Of a stretch of DNA of 60,221 nucleotides, positions 17,137 to 26,461 are shown one piece after another; position 1 is the stretch's first letter, and each line of letters opens with the position of its first letter. The DNA comes from Candidatus Micrarchaeia archaeon (GTDB lineage: Archaea; Micrarchaeota; Micrarchaeia; Anstonellales; J096): NCBI GenBank assembly GCA_041500865.1, contig JBGQMY010000005.1:1-60221 (forward strand). The letters are read 5' to 3'. A program made the position numbers and the translations under genes. A model generated the notes under the pieces. It made no database searches. It saw only the letters and a list, made by a program, of their open reading frames with translations, and was not told where the DNA came from.

Positions 17137-19767
17137 ATGAATGGAATAAATCTTAAGAAGTTGGGCGCAATAGTCGCCGGAGGAGCAATTTTGGCTAGCT
17201 CTGTGGCTTTTGCTGGACTTGTTTTCCAGAACACGGAACTGGTTAACGCGAATGGCCAGCCGGTCGTAAAGATCGTCGTTGGCGAGAACGCGGCGGCTTC
17301 CGACGGAGTTGCAGCAGCCATGATAGCGACCAAGATCGCTAACAGTGCGTATGCCAGCAAGGACTACACTGCCGCGGTTCAGGGAACTGCGACATGCGTG
17401 GCCGGCAACGGATCCACTGGAGGAGCGACCTGCACGGTGACAGACAAGACCGTGACCCTCGAGATAGTATATCCGGGCATGACCGGAACCACTATCACTG
17501 AGTTCAAGCCGCTGATAGCCGAGACGTTGGACAGGACACTCGACAACAGGAACGTTGATGACAACGACGTAACAACGGACCTGATGGACGAGAAAGCACA
17601 GCCATTCCAGGACCAGGACGGCAATTTCCTTGCCGACGCTGGAATAAACGAGGTCGGGGGCGTGGGTGACACGTACTATATGATAGACGGAAGCAAGCTG
17701 AACGCATTTGCGGACTACACAATGTCCAGCGCACAGCAGTCGTCAAGCTCGTTCACCGAGTCCCAGAGGATATTCCTCAAGGGAAAAACGGCATACGACA
17801 GCTCCGAGAAGGCAATCGAGTACGTACCTGACACGACACTATACCAGATCGTGTTCGGGCCGGACGAAGACGGCCTTTCCCTCTGCCCTGGAGACACATC
17901 CCAGAGCATAGGAACCTGCGGAGTCAACGATGAGCTCGGCAAGAACAGGTACGCGCTGAAGCTGTTCGGTGAGCAGTGGGTAATAAGCGGAGTCGAGGGA
18001 ACGACCGGAGAAGTGAAGGACTACGCCGGACTCAACGACTTCGTCAGCGACAGGTCGATATCCGTGCCAGCATCTTCAGTGTTCAAGCTGAAGCTTGCAA
18101 AGGAGGCAAAGTACAACCCAGCGCTCCACAAAGGGGAGTGCATGAACACCACGGACGTGAAAATCTGCCTTTCGGACATTGCGAGGGAAACGGGAGAAGG
18201 AAACACCCACCCGGCGATTCTGTCAATATATGACACCGCAGGGAACCTCGTGACTGAAAAGCAGGTTGCAGAAGGCGCGACAGAGACTGTCACAGTCGGG
18301 AGCAAGGACGTAAAGATACATGTCTACCAGACTGCGCCTGGTTACGCCATGCAGGCAATGTGGGCCGACATCGCAATCTACATGGACGAGATAGAGCTCA
18401 ACGAGGGCAAGGCGTTCACCTACGGAATAAAGGGATATTCCGGAGACGAGTCAAAGTGGAACGTCTACTTCGGCCTTGTTGACAAGAACGGACCCGAGGA
18501 CAATGTGACTGTGGCCGATGCTACAGGGCTCAGGACACTGACCTTTGCGACTTCGGACAGCGATGCGCAGGGAGGCGGGGACGTCTACACGGGCGACTCG
18601 TACTATGTGATAGACACGGCAAAGTACCAGGGCTTCGAGGTAAAGAACAACGGCCTTGAAACTGCTGCCATGGACCCGCTGAAGTTTGAGTGGAAGTACA
18701 GCGGATCGGCGCCTGTTGCGAACATAACGAAGTACGTGAAGATAACGACAAGCCAGGACAGAGGGTTTGAAGTCAATGGCGAATCGTGGAAGAAGGGAGG
18801 CTTAGTCATTATCGGGTACAACGAGACAGCCCCGATGATAGCGCTGAAGGACTATGACGGCGACTGGCATTCCGCGGCTTACTCCGGCCAGGACGTGAAG
18901 TACACGTGGGCAGGGGACGAGGGAGACATATACACGATCGGACCCAGCGGAACGTCTGACTCTCCGGGCGACTTCGCTGTCTACTTTGACGAGAATGTCG
19001 GAAAGGTGCTCGACATTGACTCCTCCGCCGTTAATGAGATAGAGATGGACATTGACGCGACGAACAACGAGATCAACACGGGTTCCACCGACACTGACCT
19101 GCTGCGCTACTGGCAACCCTTTACTCCTTCGGCCTACGGCGACGGGTATGGGTACGATGACGACCAGACAGTGGAAGTTGGATTCGTGACCATGAGGGGA
19201 AGCGAGTACTCCTCGCAGTCCAAAACCACAAGGACCATCCAGGTCCCGAAGAGCGTGAGGCATGTGCAGATGGCGCTGATGCCGACTTCGCTTAACGCGT
19301 CAAGGAACTCCGAGATAATCGGGCCTCTCCACGAGGGAGACTCAGCTACCGTTGGCGGAAGCATAACGGTGACTGTGGACGCAATAAGCGTGGTGGACAC
19401 TGCAACAGTTAGCGGAGGAACCTCCGGTGCGGCGACTGCTGACATGAGCGGAGTGACGGCCGTCATAAAGGACGCGTCGGGAGCTTCAATGTCAACGCTG
19501 ACAGCGCAGAGCGTCTATGCTGTAGACCCCGCGACCCTGACGTACCTGGATTCCCAGGCACCTGCGACAGGAACCGTGATTACCGTTGGCGGACCCAAGG
19601 TAAACTCGGTGACCGCTGCAGCGATGCAGGGAGCTGCGATTGACCTTTCAGCCGCAAACCCCGTAGTTACTACGGAGGCGGGTGACAAGATAATCGTGGC
19701 CGGATGGACCGCTGCCGACACAATAACGGCTGCATCCAACTTTATCGCGGCGCTTAAGGCACAGTGA
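17137..19767 (+). CDS. S-layer protein
   Basis: Signal peptide; VVGENAAASDGVAA N-terminal and VGGPKVNSVT...IIVAG.TAADT C-terminal S-layer motifs; strong GAGGTGA RBS. Confidence 0.9.
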   Translation: MNGINLKKLGAIVAGGAILASSVAFAGLVFQNTELVNANGQPVVKIVVGENAAASDGVAAAMIATKIANSAYASKDYTAAVQGTATCVAGNGSTGGATCTVTDKTVTLEIVYPGMTGTTITEFKPLIAETLDRTLDNRNVDDNDVTTDLMDEKAQPFQDQDGNFLADAGINEVGGVGDTYYMIDGSKLNAFADYTMSSAQQSSSSFTESQRIFLKGKTAYDSSEKAIEYVPDTTLYQIVFGPDEDGLSLCPGDTSQSIGTCGVNDELGKNRYALKLFGEQWVISGVEGTTGEVKDYAGLNDFVSDRSISVPASSVFKLKLAKEAKYNPALHKGECMNTTDVKICLSDIARETGEGNTHPAILSIYDTAGNLVTEKQVAEGATETVTVGSKDVKIHVYQTAPGYAMQAMWADIAIYMDEIELNEGKAFTYGIKGYSGDESKWNVYFGLVDKNGPEDNVTVADATGLRTLTFATSDSDAQGGGDVYTGDSYYVIDTAKYQGFEVKNNGLETAAMDPLKFEWKYSGSAPVANITKYVKITTSQDRGFEVNGESWKKGGLVIIGYNETAPMIALKDYDGDWHSAAYSGQDVKYTWAGDEGDIYTIGPSGTSDSPGDFAVYFDENVGKVLDIDSSAVNEIEMDIDATNNEINTGSTDTDLLRYWQPFTPSAYGDGYGYDDDQTVEVGFVTMRGSEYSSQSKTTRTIQVPKSVRHVQMALMPTSLNASRNSEIIGPLHEGDSATVGGSITVTVDAISVVDTATVSGGTSGAATADMSGVTAVIKDASGASMSTLTAQSVYAVDPATLTYLDSQAPATGTVITVGGPKVNSVTAAAMQGAAIDLSAANPVVTTEAGDKIIVAGWTAADTITAASNFIAALKAQ

Positions 19768-19783
19768 AGGGCGTACTTTAACC

Positions 19784-19811
19784 CTTTTATTTTTTTATTT
19801 TCTTTTTTCTA
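19784..19811 (+). terminator. Oligo-T terminator after the S-layer gene
   Basis: ctttttatttttttatttttcttttttct. Confidence 0.6.
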
Positions 19812-19870
19812 ACTGAAGTTCCAGGCTAGATTATGTCATGCTCAAGGTGATGGCTCTGCAGGGCCCAAAA

Positions 19871-19934
19871 TGCTTCTTTTGGGGTGAAGACTTTTTCTTG
19901 CAAGAAAAAGGATCAAAGAAAAGGGGCTTTTTAA
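19871..19934. repeat. Intergenic palindromic repeat family copy
   Basis: Perfect palindrome ctttttcttgcaagaaaaag plus aaagaaaaggggcttttt, shared with about 53860 and about 35890 (rc). Confidence 0.7.
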
Positions 19935-19959
19935 AACCCTTCACAGGAACCTCTAACTG

Positions 19960-20487
19960 ATGGACGCCATAATAGCGCTGGACAGCTACGACGACATATT
20001 CGACGACTTCGACCCGCAGGCATACATCGAGCGGAACATATCCGCCGACTTCCTTGACGCGCTCGGCAACAGGATAAGGAAGGTGAACACAAAGGAAAGG
20101 ACCGGCATAACCCTCACGCTCCCCTATTACAAGAGGGTGATGAAGGACGAGCGGATAATAAAGGAGAGGCTCAGCGAGTACTTCTGGAACATGGCGCGCT
20201 ACTGGACCGACAAGGAGAGCGAGATAAGGAACTATTCAATAGGCATGATGCTTGCCGGCCTCATAATATTCAGCATCGGCCAGTTCATCATACACAACTA
20301 CGCGCAGTTCTTCGATGAGTTCATAGTGATACCGGCATGGTTCCTGACGTTCAGCGGGCTTGACAAGTACCTGGTGGAAAAGCCGAAAATGACGTCCAAA
20401 CGGCGCTTTTACGAGGCCCTGAGCGGCGCCAAGGTCAGCTTCACGGACGAGGCCTGCTTCACCGATGCCGCGGAAAGCCGCGGATAG
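19960..20487 (+). CDS. Hypothetical 2-TM membrane protein (paralog 1)
   Basis: MDAIIALDSYDDIFDDFDP; paralogous to 20549. Confidence 0.8.
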   Translation: MDAIIALDSYDDIFDDFDPQAYIERNISADFLDALGNRIRKVNTKERTGITLTLPYYKRVMKDERIIKERLSEYFWNMARYWTDKESEIRNYSIGMMLAGLIIFSIGQFIIHNYAQFFDEFIVIPAWFLTFSGLDKYLVEKPKMTSKRRFYEALSGAKVSFTDEACFTDAAESRG

Positions 20488-20548
20488 CGGATTGCACTAC
20501 CCAATAGGTCTTTAAAGTTTTCACCCAAAAAGAGACTCCAAGATAACG

Positions 20549-21055
20549 ATGGACGCCATAATAAGCCTGGAAAGCTACGACGACATGTTCGACGACTTCG
20601 ACATAAGGCCTTATATCCAGCGGTCGCTGTCCACGGACTTCACCAACGTGCTAAATGAAAGGATAAGGAAGGTGGACTTCGCAAAGGACATAACGCTGAT
20701 ACTGACGATGCCGAAAAAAAGGCGGGTGAGGAAGGACGAGCGCGACATAGAGAAGAGGCTGAGGGAGCATTTCTCCAACATGGCGGCATACTGGAAGGGA
20801 AAGGCAGGCGATGCAAGGAACGCCGGCATATTCTACATAATGCTGGGCCTCGCGATATACATCGGCGGAGGCATGCTGGAAAGCGGCTTTTACACGCTCA
20901 GGCAGTACCTGCTCATACCGTCCTGGTTCCTCATCTGGTATGCGCTGGACATCATCGTGAACGACATGCCGAAGATAAACGGAAAGAGGGAGTTCAACCG
21001 CTACGTAGGCAACGCAAGGATTGCCTTCAGGGACGCGGAATACTACGAGATTTGA
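20549..21055 (+). CDS. Hypothetical 2-TM membrane protein (paralog 2)
   Basis: MDAIISLESYDDMFDDFDI; paralogous to 19960. Confidence 0.8.
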   Translation: MDAIISLESYDDMFDDFDIRPYIQRSLSTDFTNVLNERIRKVDFAKDITLILTMPKKRRVRKDERDIEKRLREHFSNMAAYWKGKAGDARNAGIFYIMLGLAIYIGGGMLESGFYTLRQYLLIPSWFLIWYALDIIVNDMPKINGKREFNRYVGNARIAFRDAEYYEI

Positions 21056-21062
21056 TGATTTC

Positions 21063-22187
21063 ATGCTGAAGAACGCTGTTGTTATGTGCGCCGGCAACGG
21101 GCTGGGGCTTTGGCCGATAACGGAAACAGTGCCCAAGCCATGCGTAAGATTGCTTGGCAGGAGCATGCTCTCAAGGATACTGGAAGGGCTGAAGGGCGCC
21201 GGCATGCGGAACGCCTATTTCGTGACGTATTACCTTGCCGATGCCGTTGAATCGGAGGCAAAGGCGGAATGCGAAAGGCTCGGTATGGAGGCGCATTTCA
21301 TACGCCAGAAGGGCGCGCTTGGGACGGCGGATGCCGTCAGGGCGGCATCGGAATCCATAACCGGGCCGTTCATGGTTGCGTCGGGGGACCACGTGCTTGA
21401 CACGTCCATATACAGGGACGCGGCCATGGCATTTGACGGGGACAGCGCCGTCGTGCTCAAGAGGGTGAAAGACCCGCTGCGGTACGGGGTCGCCGAAGTC
21501 AGCAACGGAATCATATCTGAAATGGTTGAAAAGCCGAAAGAGCCGAAGACGGACCTGGCAAACGTCGGCATATATGTTTTCAGCGAAGGCATTTTCCAGG
21601 AGCTTGGCAAGGTCGGCATCTCCTCGCGGAACGAATATGAGATAACCGACGTCCTGAAAGGCAAGAAGGCCTTCATAACTGAAAAATACTGGCTGGACGT
21701 GGGCATGCCATGGATGCTCATCGAGGCCATGGATTTCCTTTTTTCAGTTGAAAGGCCCAAAACCGGGGAGCCAAGCGGCACAGCGGGACACAGCCTTTAC
21801 TTGGGCAAAAACAGCAGGATAGGGCCATCCTCCAGGATAGAGGGGAACGTGTCCATCGGAGACAGCGTGTCCATAGCCGAAAACTGTGTTCTGAAGGATG
21901 TCATACTAGGCGACGGCACCACAATCAAGGCCGGATGCCGCATAAGCAGCAGCGTGATAGGCAATAACGCCGTCATAGGGGCATCATGCCAGTTCGCAGA
22001 CCGGAATGCAGACGGGAAGCCTGTCGTGATAATGACCAGGAAGGGGGCAAAGGCCGCGCCAGGGGGCTTCGGCTGCGTCATAGGCGACAAGGCCGACATC
22101 GGGGACAGGGTTTCTGTGCTTCCGGGGATGCTGATACGCTCCGGCGCAAGGGTTCCTTCCGGCTCTGCAGTAAAAGAGAATTGCTGA
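21063..22187 (+). CDS. Sugar-phosphate nucleotidyltransferase with left-handed beta-helix (GlmU-like)
   Basis: PIT..VPKP, Q..LGTADA, VEKP, RNEYEITD, WLDVG.PW, hexapeptide repeats. Confidence 0.85.
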   Translation: MLKNAVVMCAGNGLGLWPITETVPKPCVRLLGRSMLSRILEGLKGAGMRNAYFVTYYLADAVESEAKAECERLGMEAHFIRQKGALGTADAVRAASESITGPFMVASGDHVLDTSIYRDAAMAFDGDSAVVLKRVKDPLRYGVAEVSNGIISEMVEKPKEPKTDLANVGIYVFSEGIFQELGKVGISSRNEYEITDVLKGKKAFITEKYWLDVGMPWMLIEAMDFLFSVERPKTGEPSGTAGHSLYLGKNSRIGPSSRIEGNVSIGDSVSIAENCVLKDVILGDGTTIKAGCRISSSVIGNNAVIGASCQFADRNADGKPVVIMTRKGAKAAPGGFGCVIGDKADIGDRVSVLPGMLIRSGARVPSGSAVKENC

Positions 22188-22209
22188 TTCTGCGGATTAG
22201 CGGCGTCTT

Positions 22210-22611
22210 TCAGACAACCGTAACCATTATTGTCCTTTCCCTGGGCCCGTCAAGCTCCACAAGGCATATGCCCTGCCACCTTCCAAGCGCAAGCTTGCCG
22301 CCCCTGACCGGGACAGACTGGCCTTGGCCGACTATCATGGACCTTATGTGTGCGTCTGCGTTGCCGTCCAGCCTGTCGTGCTTCCATATGCCTTGAGGCA
22401 CCTGCTTTTTGAGAAACGCGATAAAATCCTCCTTTAGCGCCTCGTCGTAATTTTCATTGACAAGTATTGCGGCAGTGGCATGCATCGCATGAATAAGGCA
22501 AATGCCGTCCATTATGCCGGACTTATGCACCATTTCCGCCACGCCCTTGGTTATGTCTATTATCTGCTCCCTTTCCTGCGTTGAAACGCGCATCTCGCCA
22601 ACGAACGCCAT
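22210..22611 (-). CDS. yjbQ: YjbQ/UPF0047 family protein
   Basis: HATAAILVNE, NADAHIRS, LGRWQGI..ELDGPR. Confidence 0.93.
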   Translation of the reverse strand: MAFVGEMRVSTQEREQIIDITKGVAEMVHKSGIMDGICLIHAMHATAAILVNENYDEALKEDFIAFLKKQVPQGIWKHDRLDGNADAHIRSMIVGQGQSVPVRGGKLALGRWQGICLVELDGPRERTIMVTVV

Positions 22612-22667
22612 GAATCCACCCAAACTGTTTTAAACAGGCATTGAATAAAAGGATATTGGTGATGAAA

Positions 22668-23075
22668 ATGAAGACCATAACCATCGTTGAGCAGGACAGG
22701 GTCGGGCTGCTGATGGACATCTCCTACATACTCGGCAAGGAAAGGATAAACATAGAAAGCATATCTGCGAATGCCGTGGGGGGCAAGGCAATCATCACTC
22801 TGACCGTAAGGGACGGAAACGAGGCAAAGAAAATACTGATTAAGAACGGCTTCCACATCATTGAGGAGGACATGCTCATGGTGTCGCTCAGGGACAGGCC
22901 CGGCGAGCTTGCGACGCTTGCGAAGCTGATGAAGGACAACGGCATAAACCTTGTCAACCTCTACATGGTTTCAAAGGACGCGAAGAACACCATAGTCGCG
23001 ATAAAGCCGGACAAGCCGAAAAAGGCCAAGGAGCTGCTGAAGAAGAACAAGTACGACATAGAGGAGGCAGCTTAG
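22668..23075 (+). CDS. Tandem ACT-domain protein
   Basis: DRVGLLMDIS..LG...INI and DRPGELA...GINL. Confidence 0.88.
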   Translation: MKTITIVEQDRVGLLMDISYILGKERINIESISANAVGGKAIITLTVRDGNEAKKILIKNGFHIIEEDMLMVSLRDRPGELATLAKLMKDNGINLVNLYMVSKDAKNTIVAIKPDKPKKAKELLKKNKYDIEEAA

Positions 23076-23161
23076 GAAAAGACGGGGTTTTCTTAGCCAT
23101 CCGCCTAACCAAAGCGCCATCCATTTAAATGGCGCATTGCAATACGGCTTCAGGTGAAAGC

Positions 23162-23866
23162 ATGAAGGCAATGATTGCGGTTCTTTTTGTTGCGGCGGTC
23201 GCGCTTTCGGGATGCCTGCAGTCCAATGGCCCGCAGCGCATCCTTGTGGGAAACGACAGCGACATCCACGGCTGCAAGGGCTCTGCAGGATATTCCTGGT
23301 GCGAGGCGAAGCAGGAATGCATACGCGTCTGGGAGGAGAACTGCAGTGTCGCTGGCGGAAGCGGCATTGCCAACCCTGCGTCGGTCAATTGCGTGGACAA
23401 GGGATACAACCTTACGATAATGACGGATTCTGAAGGCGGGCAGTACGGCGTATGCTCAAAGCCAGGCTACACGGAATGCGAGGAATGGGCCTTTTTCAGG
23501 GGCAACTGCACCATCGTTCCGCTCGGGGCGAATGGCTCAACTATGAATGCGACAGGAAGGGAGCCGAGGGCCGAAGGCCAGTTCTGTGGCGGCATAGCGG
23601 CAATACCCTGCCAGGAAGGCCTGCACTGCAGGCTCAACGGAAGCTACCCTGACGCGGGCGGGGCTTGCACAAAGGACTGCGGCTGCGCGCTGATGACGGA
23701 TGGAACGTCAGTAGGCTGCTTCGGCTGCGCCTATGACAATGAAACAGGGGCGTTCAACTGCGCAAACGCGACAGCGGACTGGCAGCCTTACGAAAGGAAG
23801 CCAGGCGCGATAGGCATACCCTATGCCTGCTACTGCAGCAATGGGGAATGCATGCTCGCCCAGTGA
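23162..23866 (+). CDS. Modular Cys-rich lipoprotein (DUF333-containing)
   Basis: ALSGC lipobox; GNDSDIHGC.GSAGYSWC; IANPASVNC...CEEWAFFRG (DUF333); FCGGIAAIPC. Confidence 0.8.
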   Translation: MKAMIAVLFVAAVALSGCLQSNGPQRILVGNDSDIHGCKGSAGYSWCEAKQECIRVWEENCSVAGGSGIANPASVNCVDKGYNLTIMTDSEGGQYGVCSKPGYTECEEWAFFRGNCTIVPLGANGSTMNATGREPRAEGQFCGGIAAIPCQEGLHCRLNGSYPDAGGACTKDCGCALMTDGTSVGCFGCAYDNETGAFNCANATADWQPYERKPGAIGIPYACYCSNGECMLAQ

Positions 23867-23869
23867 AAG

Positions 23870-24442
23870 TCAGGAGGCGAGGCACTCTTTGAACGATTTC
23901 AGGAATATGGCAGGCGCTTCCTTGCGCGCTGCAGCAAGCAATTCCATGAACACTAGCACCCACGTAGTGTCTTTGTGGCCATACTGCGAGGCGCATTGGC
24001 TGGCGGTTTCGGATATGGGGCAACGATGCAGGTGGGGCGTTGTTGCATTAACGTCTGCGCCGTTTTCGATGAGCAGGATGCAGGTCTTGGTGTATCCGTC
24101 CATTGCTGCTGCATGCAATGGCGTTTTGTTGGATTCGGTCCTTGCGTTCACGTCTGCGCCTTTTTGTATAAGCAAGTTGCAGGCCTGGGTGCGTCCGCTT
24201 GCTGCGGCAGCGTGCAGGGCTGTGTAGCCGTCTAAATTAACCGAATTTATTTTCGCGCCAAGCTTCAGGAGCCGGTTTATCTTGGCTATGTCGCCTTCTC
24301 TGGCAGCGTCCATGAGGTCGCGGTCAAGCATTCTCCCAGCCAACAGCCTCCTTGCTGACTTCGCGGCTGATGCCAGGACCTCCTTTGCTCGCTTACGGAA
24401 CGCCTTGGCTTTGCCGTGCCTTTCGGCCTGCTGCTGCGCCAT
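23870..24442 (-). CDS. Ankyrin-repeat protein (ank2)
   Basis: GYTALHAAA, KTPLHAAA, GADVNA; C-terminus FLKSFKECLAS; start chosen from promoter spacing. Confidence 0.92.
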   Translation of the reverse strand: MAQQQAERHGKAKAFRKRAKEVLASAAKSARRLLAGRMLDRDLMDAAREGDIAKINRLLKLGAKINSVNLDGYTALHAAAASGRTQACNLLIQKGADVNARTESNKTPLHAAAMDGYTKTCILLIENGADVNATTPHLHRCPISETASQCASQYGHKDTTWVLVFMELLAAARKEAPAIFLKSFKECLAS

Positions 24443-24472
24443 GGCTTTATTGTGCGGCAAACAGGTTAAAAA

Positions 24473-25066
24473 TCAGGCGGCAACGCACGCCCTGAACGGT
24501 TTCAGGAATGAATCCCCCATTGCATGCCCAAGCCATTCCATTGATTTAAGGAACTGGACAGTTTCAGTCCATCCGTTGCTTGTGGCTTTGTATAAGGATG
24601 TGCTGCCTGAATTGTCCTGCATACGGATGAGCTCCCTGATGCCTCCGCCGGCTTTTGCGTATTCATCTATGAGCAAGGCGCAGATTCCGGTCTGTCCATG
24701 GAATGCGGCATTGTGCAGGGCTGTTTCGCCATCATTGTCTCTTGCAATAATTAATTTCTCTATATTCCCGTTTGCTTCTTTATGTTTTTCTATCAACAGG
24801 ACGCATGTTCTGGCGTCTCCGTTGGCTGCGGCATGGAACAGGGCCGTTTCACCGAACTCGTCCTTTGCGGTGATGCTTGCCCCTGCCTTCAGCAGCCTTT
24901 TGATGCCCCCACGATCACTTATGCTGATTGCCTCCCGAAGATCCTTGTCAAGCCGCCTTCCTGCCCAAACCCTTTTCAGCGATTTGGCTGCCGAGGCCAG
25001 GGCCTGTTTTGCATATTCTTTCGGCCTTCTTGGCTTGGCTGCTTGTTGTTCCTGCTGCTGCGCCAT
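24473..25066 (-). CDS. Ankyrin-repeat protein (ank3)
   Basis: GETALFHAA, GETALHNAA; C-terminus FLKPFRACVAA. Confidence 0.92.
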   Translation of the reverse strand: MAQQQEQQAAKPRRPKEYAKQALASAAKSLKRVWAGRRLDKDLREAISISDRGGIKRLLKAGASITAKDEFGETALFHAAANGDARTCVLLIEKHKEANGNIEKLIIARDNDGETALHNAAFHGQTGICALLIDEYAKAGGGIRELIRMQDNSGSTSLYKATSNGWTETVQFLKSMEWLGHAMGDSFLKPFRACVAA

Positions 25067-25151
25067 ACTCCAATTATGCGCAAAAGGGGTTAAGAATAGG
25101 GCAGGAGGGACATACCCAATCTTTAAAAATTATCGTTAGCAACAGGGTGGC

Positions 25152-25841
25152 GTGGACTATTCAGAGCAGATAGAGAGGATGGTTGAGGAGCCCACGTGGC
25201 GCTCCATGCTTGCTGAGCTTATACTGAGGCACAAGCTGGACCCATGGGACATAGACATTGACGTGCTTGCTGACCACTTCATGAAGCGCATAAAGGAGCT
25301 TAAAGGCGACAAATTCACTGTCCCTGGCAACGTCATACTGGCCTGCTCAATCTTGTACAAGTTCAAGACCCTGATGCTGAGGATAAACGAAGAAGAGGAG
25401 CAGCCTGTTGACGTGTCCTTTGACATAAATGATGTTAAAGACCTTATGGCAAGGCCTGCAAGGAAGAGGCCCATAACCATCGTTGAGCTGATGAAGGCCA
25501 TGGAAAAGGCCATGAAGTACGAGCCGAAGATAGAGGTGGCGATTGCCGCTTCAACGGAAAGGGCAAAGCGCACGATTGACGAGCTGATGGAGGCGGACTA
25601 CAGCTACGAGTACAACGAGGACGACATGTCATCCAGGCTTGAAACTGTGATAGAGAAGATAAAGAAGGCCAGGGACAGCGAGGGCATAACGCTGTTTTCC
25701 AGCATACTGGACGGAAAGGGCGTGGTGCATTCGCTCCTGCCTGTGCTTTTCCTTGCAAACGAGGGGCTGCTGGACCTCAAGCAGGACAAGATATTCGGCG
25801 AGATAATCATAAGGTACAGGGACGTGGCGCAGCATGCATAA
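25152..25841 (+). CDS. scpA: Segregation/condensation kleisin ScpA
   Basis: LDPWDIDI..LAD.F; RPITIVELMKAM; LLPVLFLANEG...QDKIFGEI. Confidence 0.9.
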   Translation: MDYSEQIERMVEEPTWRSMLAELILRHKLDPWDIDIDVLADHFMKRIKELKGDKFTVPGNVILACSILYKFKTLMLRINEEEEQPVDVSFDINDVKDLMARPARKRPITIVELMKAMEKAMKYEPKIEVAIAASTERAKRTIDELMEADYSYEYNEDDMSSRLETVIEKIKKARDSEGITLFSSILDGKGVVHSLLPVLFLANEGLLDLKQDKIFGEIIIRYRDVAQHA

Positions 25842-26424
25842 CCTCAGCATAAAGGAGCTTGTGGAAGCGATACTTTTTTCGGTGCCTGAGCCGTTCACGG
25901 CAGAGGAGCTGGCATTCAAGACGAACAGGAAAACCGAGGATGTCAGGAAGGCGCTGGAAGGACTCTCCAACGAATATGCGGCAAGGAACGGCGTAATAAC
26001 GATAGAAAACGTAAACGGAAGGTATGCGATGGCCATAAGGAGGGAGGCTGCGCCTTCGCTCAGGAAATACATAAGGGAGGCGGAGCTGACGCCCTACGAG
26101 CTCAAGATGCTCGCCATAATAAGCAAGCACAACGGCATACTCAAGAGCCAGATGGCAAAGGCCATGGGCAGCGGGGTTTACGACCATATCAGGAGCCTTG
26201 TGGAAAAGGGCTTTGTGCAGGAAGTGAAGGTCGGAAGGAGCATGGCGCTCAAGACAACGGGAAAGGTCCCTGACAAGGCCCTGCCAAAGGTTCAGGCAGA
26301 GGGGGCGAAGCCCAACTCTGAAGCAACAGCCGCTTCTGATGCAGATAAGCCTGCAGCCGGAGAAGAGGCAGCACAGGCAGAGGCTCCGGCAACAGAATCC
26401 CAGCCAGAGCAGCCGCCGCAATGA
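25834..26424 (+). CDS. scpB: Segregation/condensation protein ScpB
   Basis: VEAILFS..EP; LKMLAII; YDHIRSLVEKGFV; LKTT; coupled to scpA. Confidence 0.88.
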   Translation: MHNLSIKELVEAILFSVPEPFTAEELAFKTNRKTEDVRKALEGLSNEYAARNGVITIENVNGRYAMAIRREAAPSLRKYIREAELTPYELKMLAIISKHNGILKSQMAKAMGSGVYDHIRSLVEKGFVQEVKVGRSMALKTTGKVPDKALPKVQAEGAKPNSEATAASDADKPAAGEEAAQAEAPATESQPEQPPQ

Positions 26425-26461
26425 GCCAAGCCTTTTAAACTTGCTTTGCCATCCAGGATGC

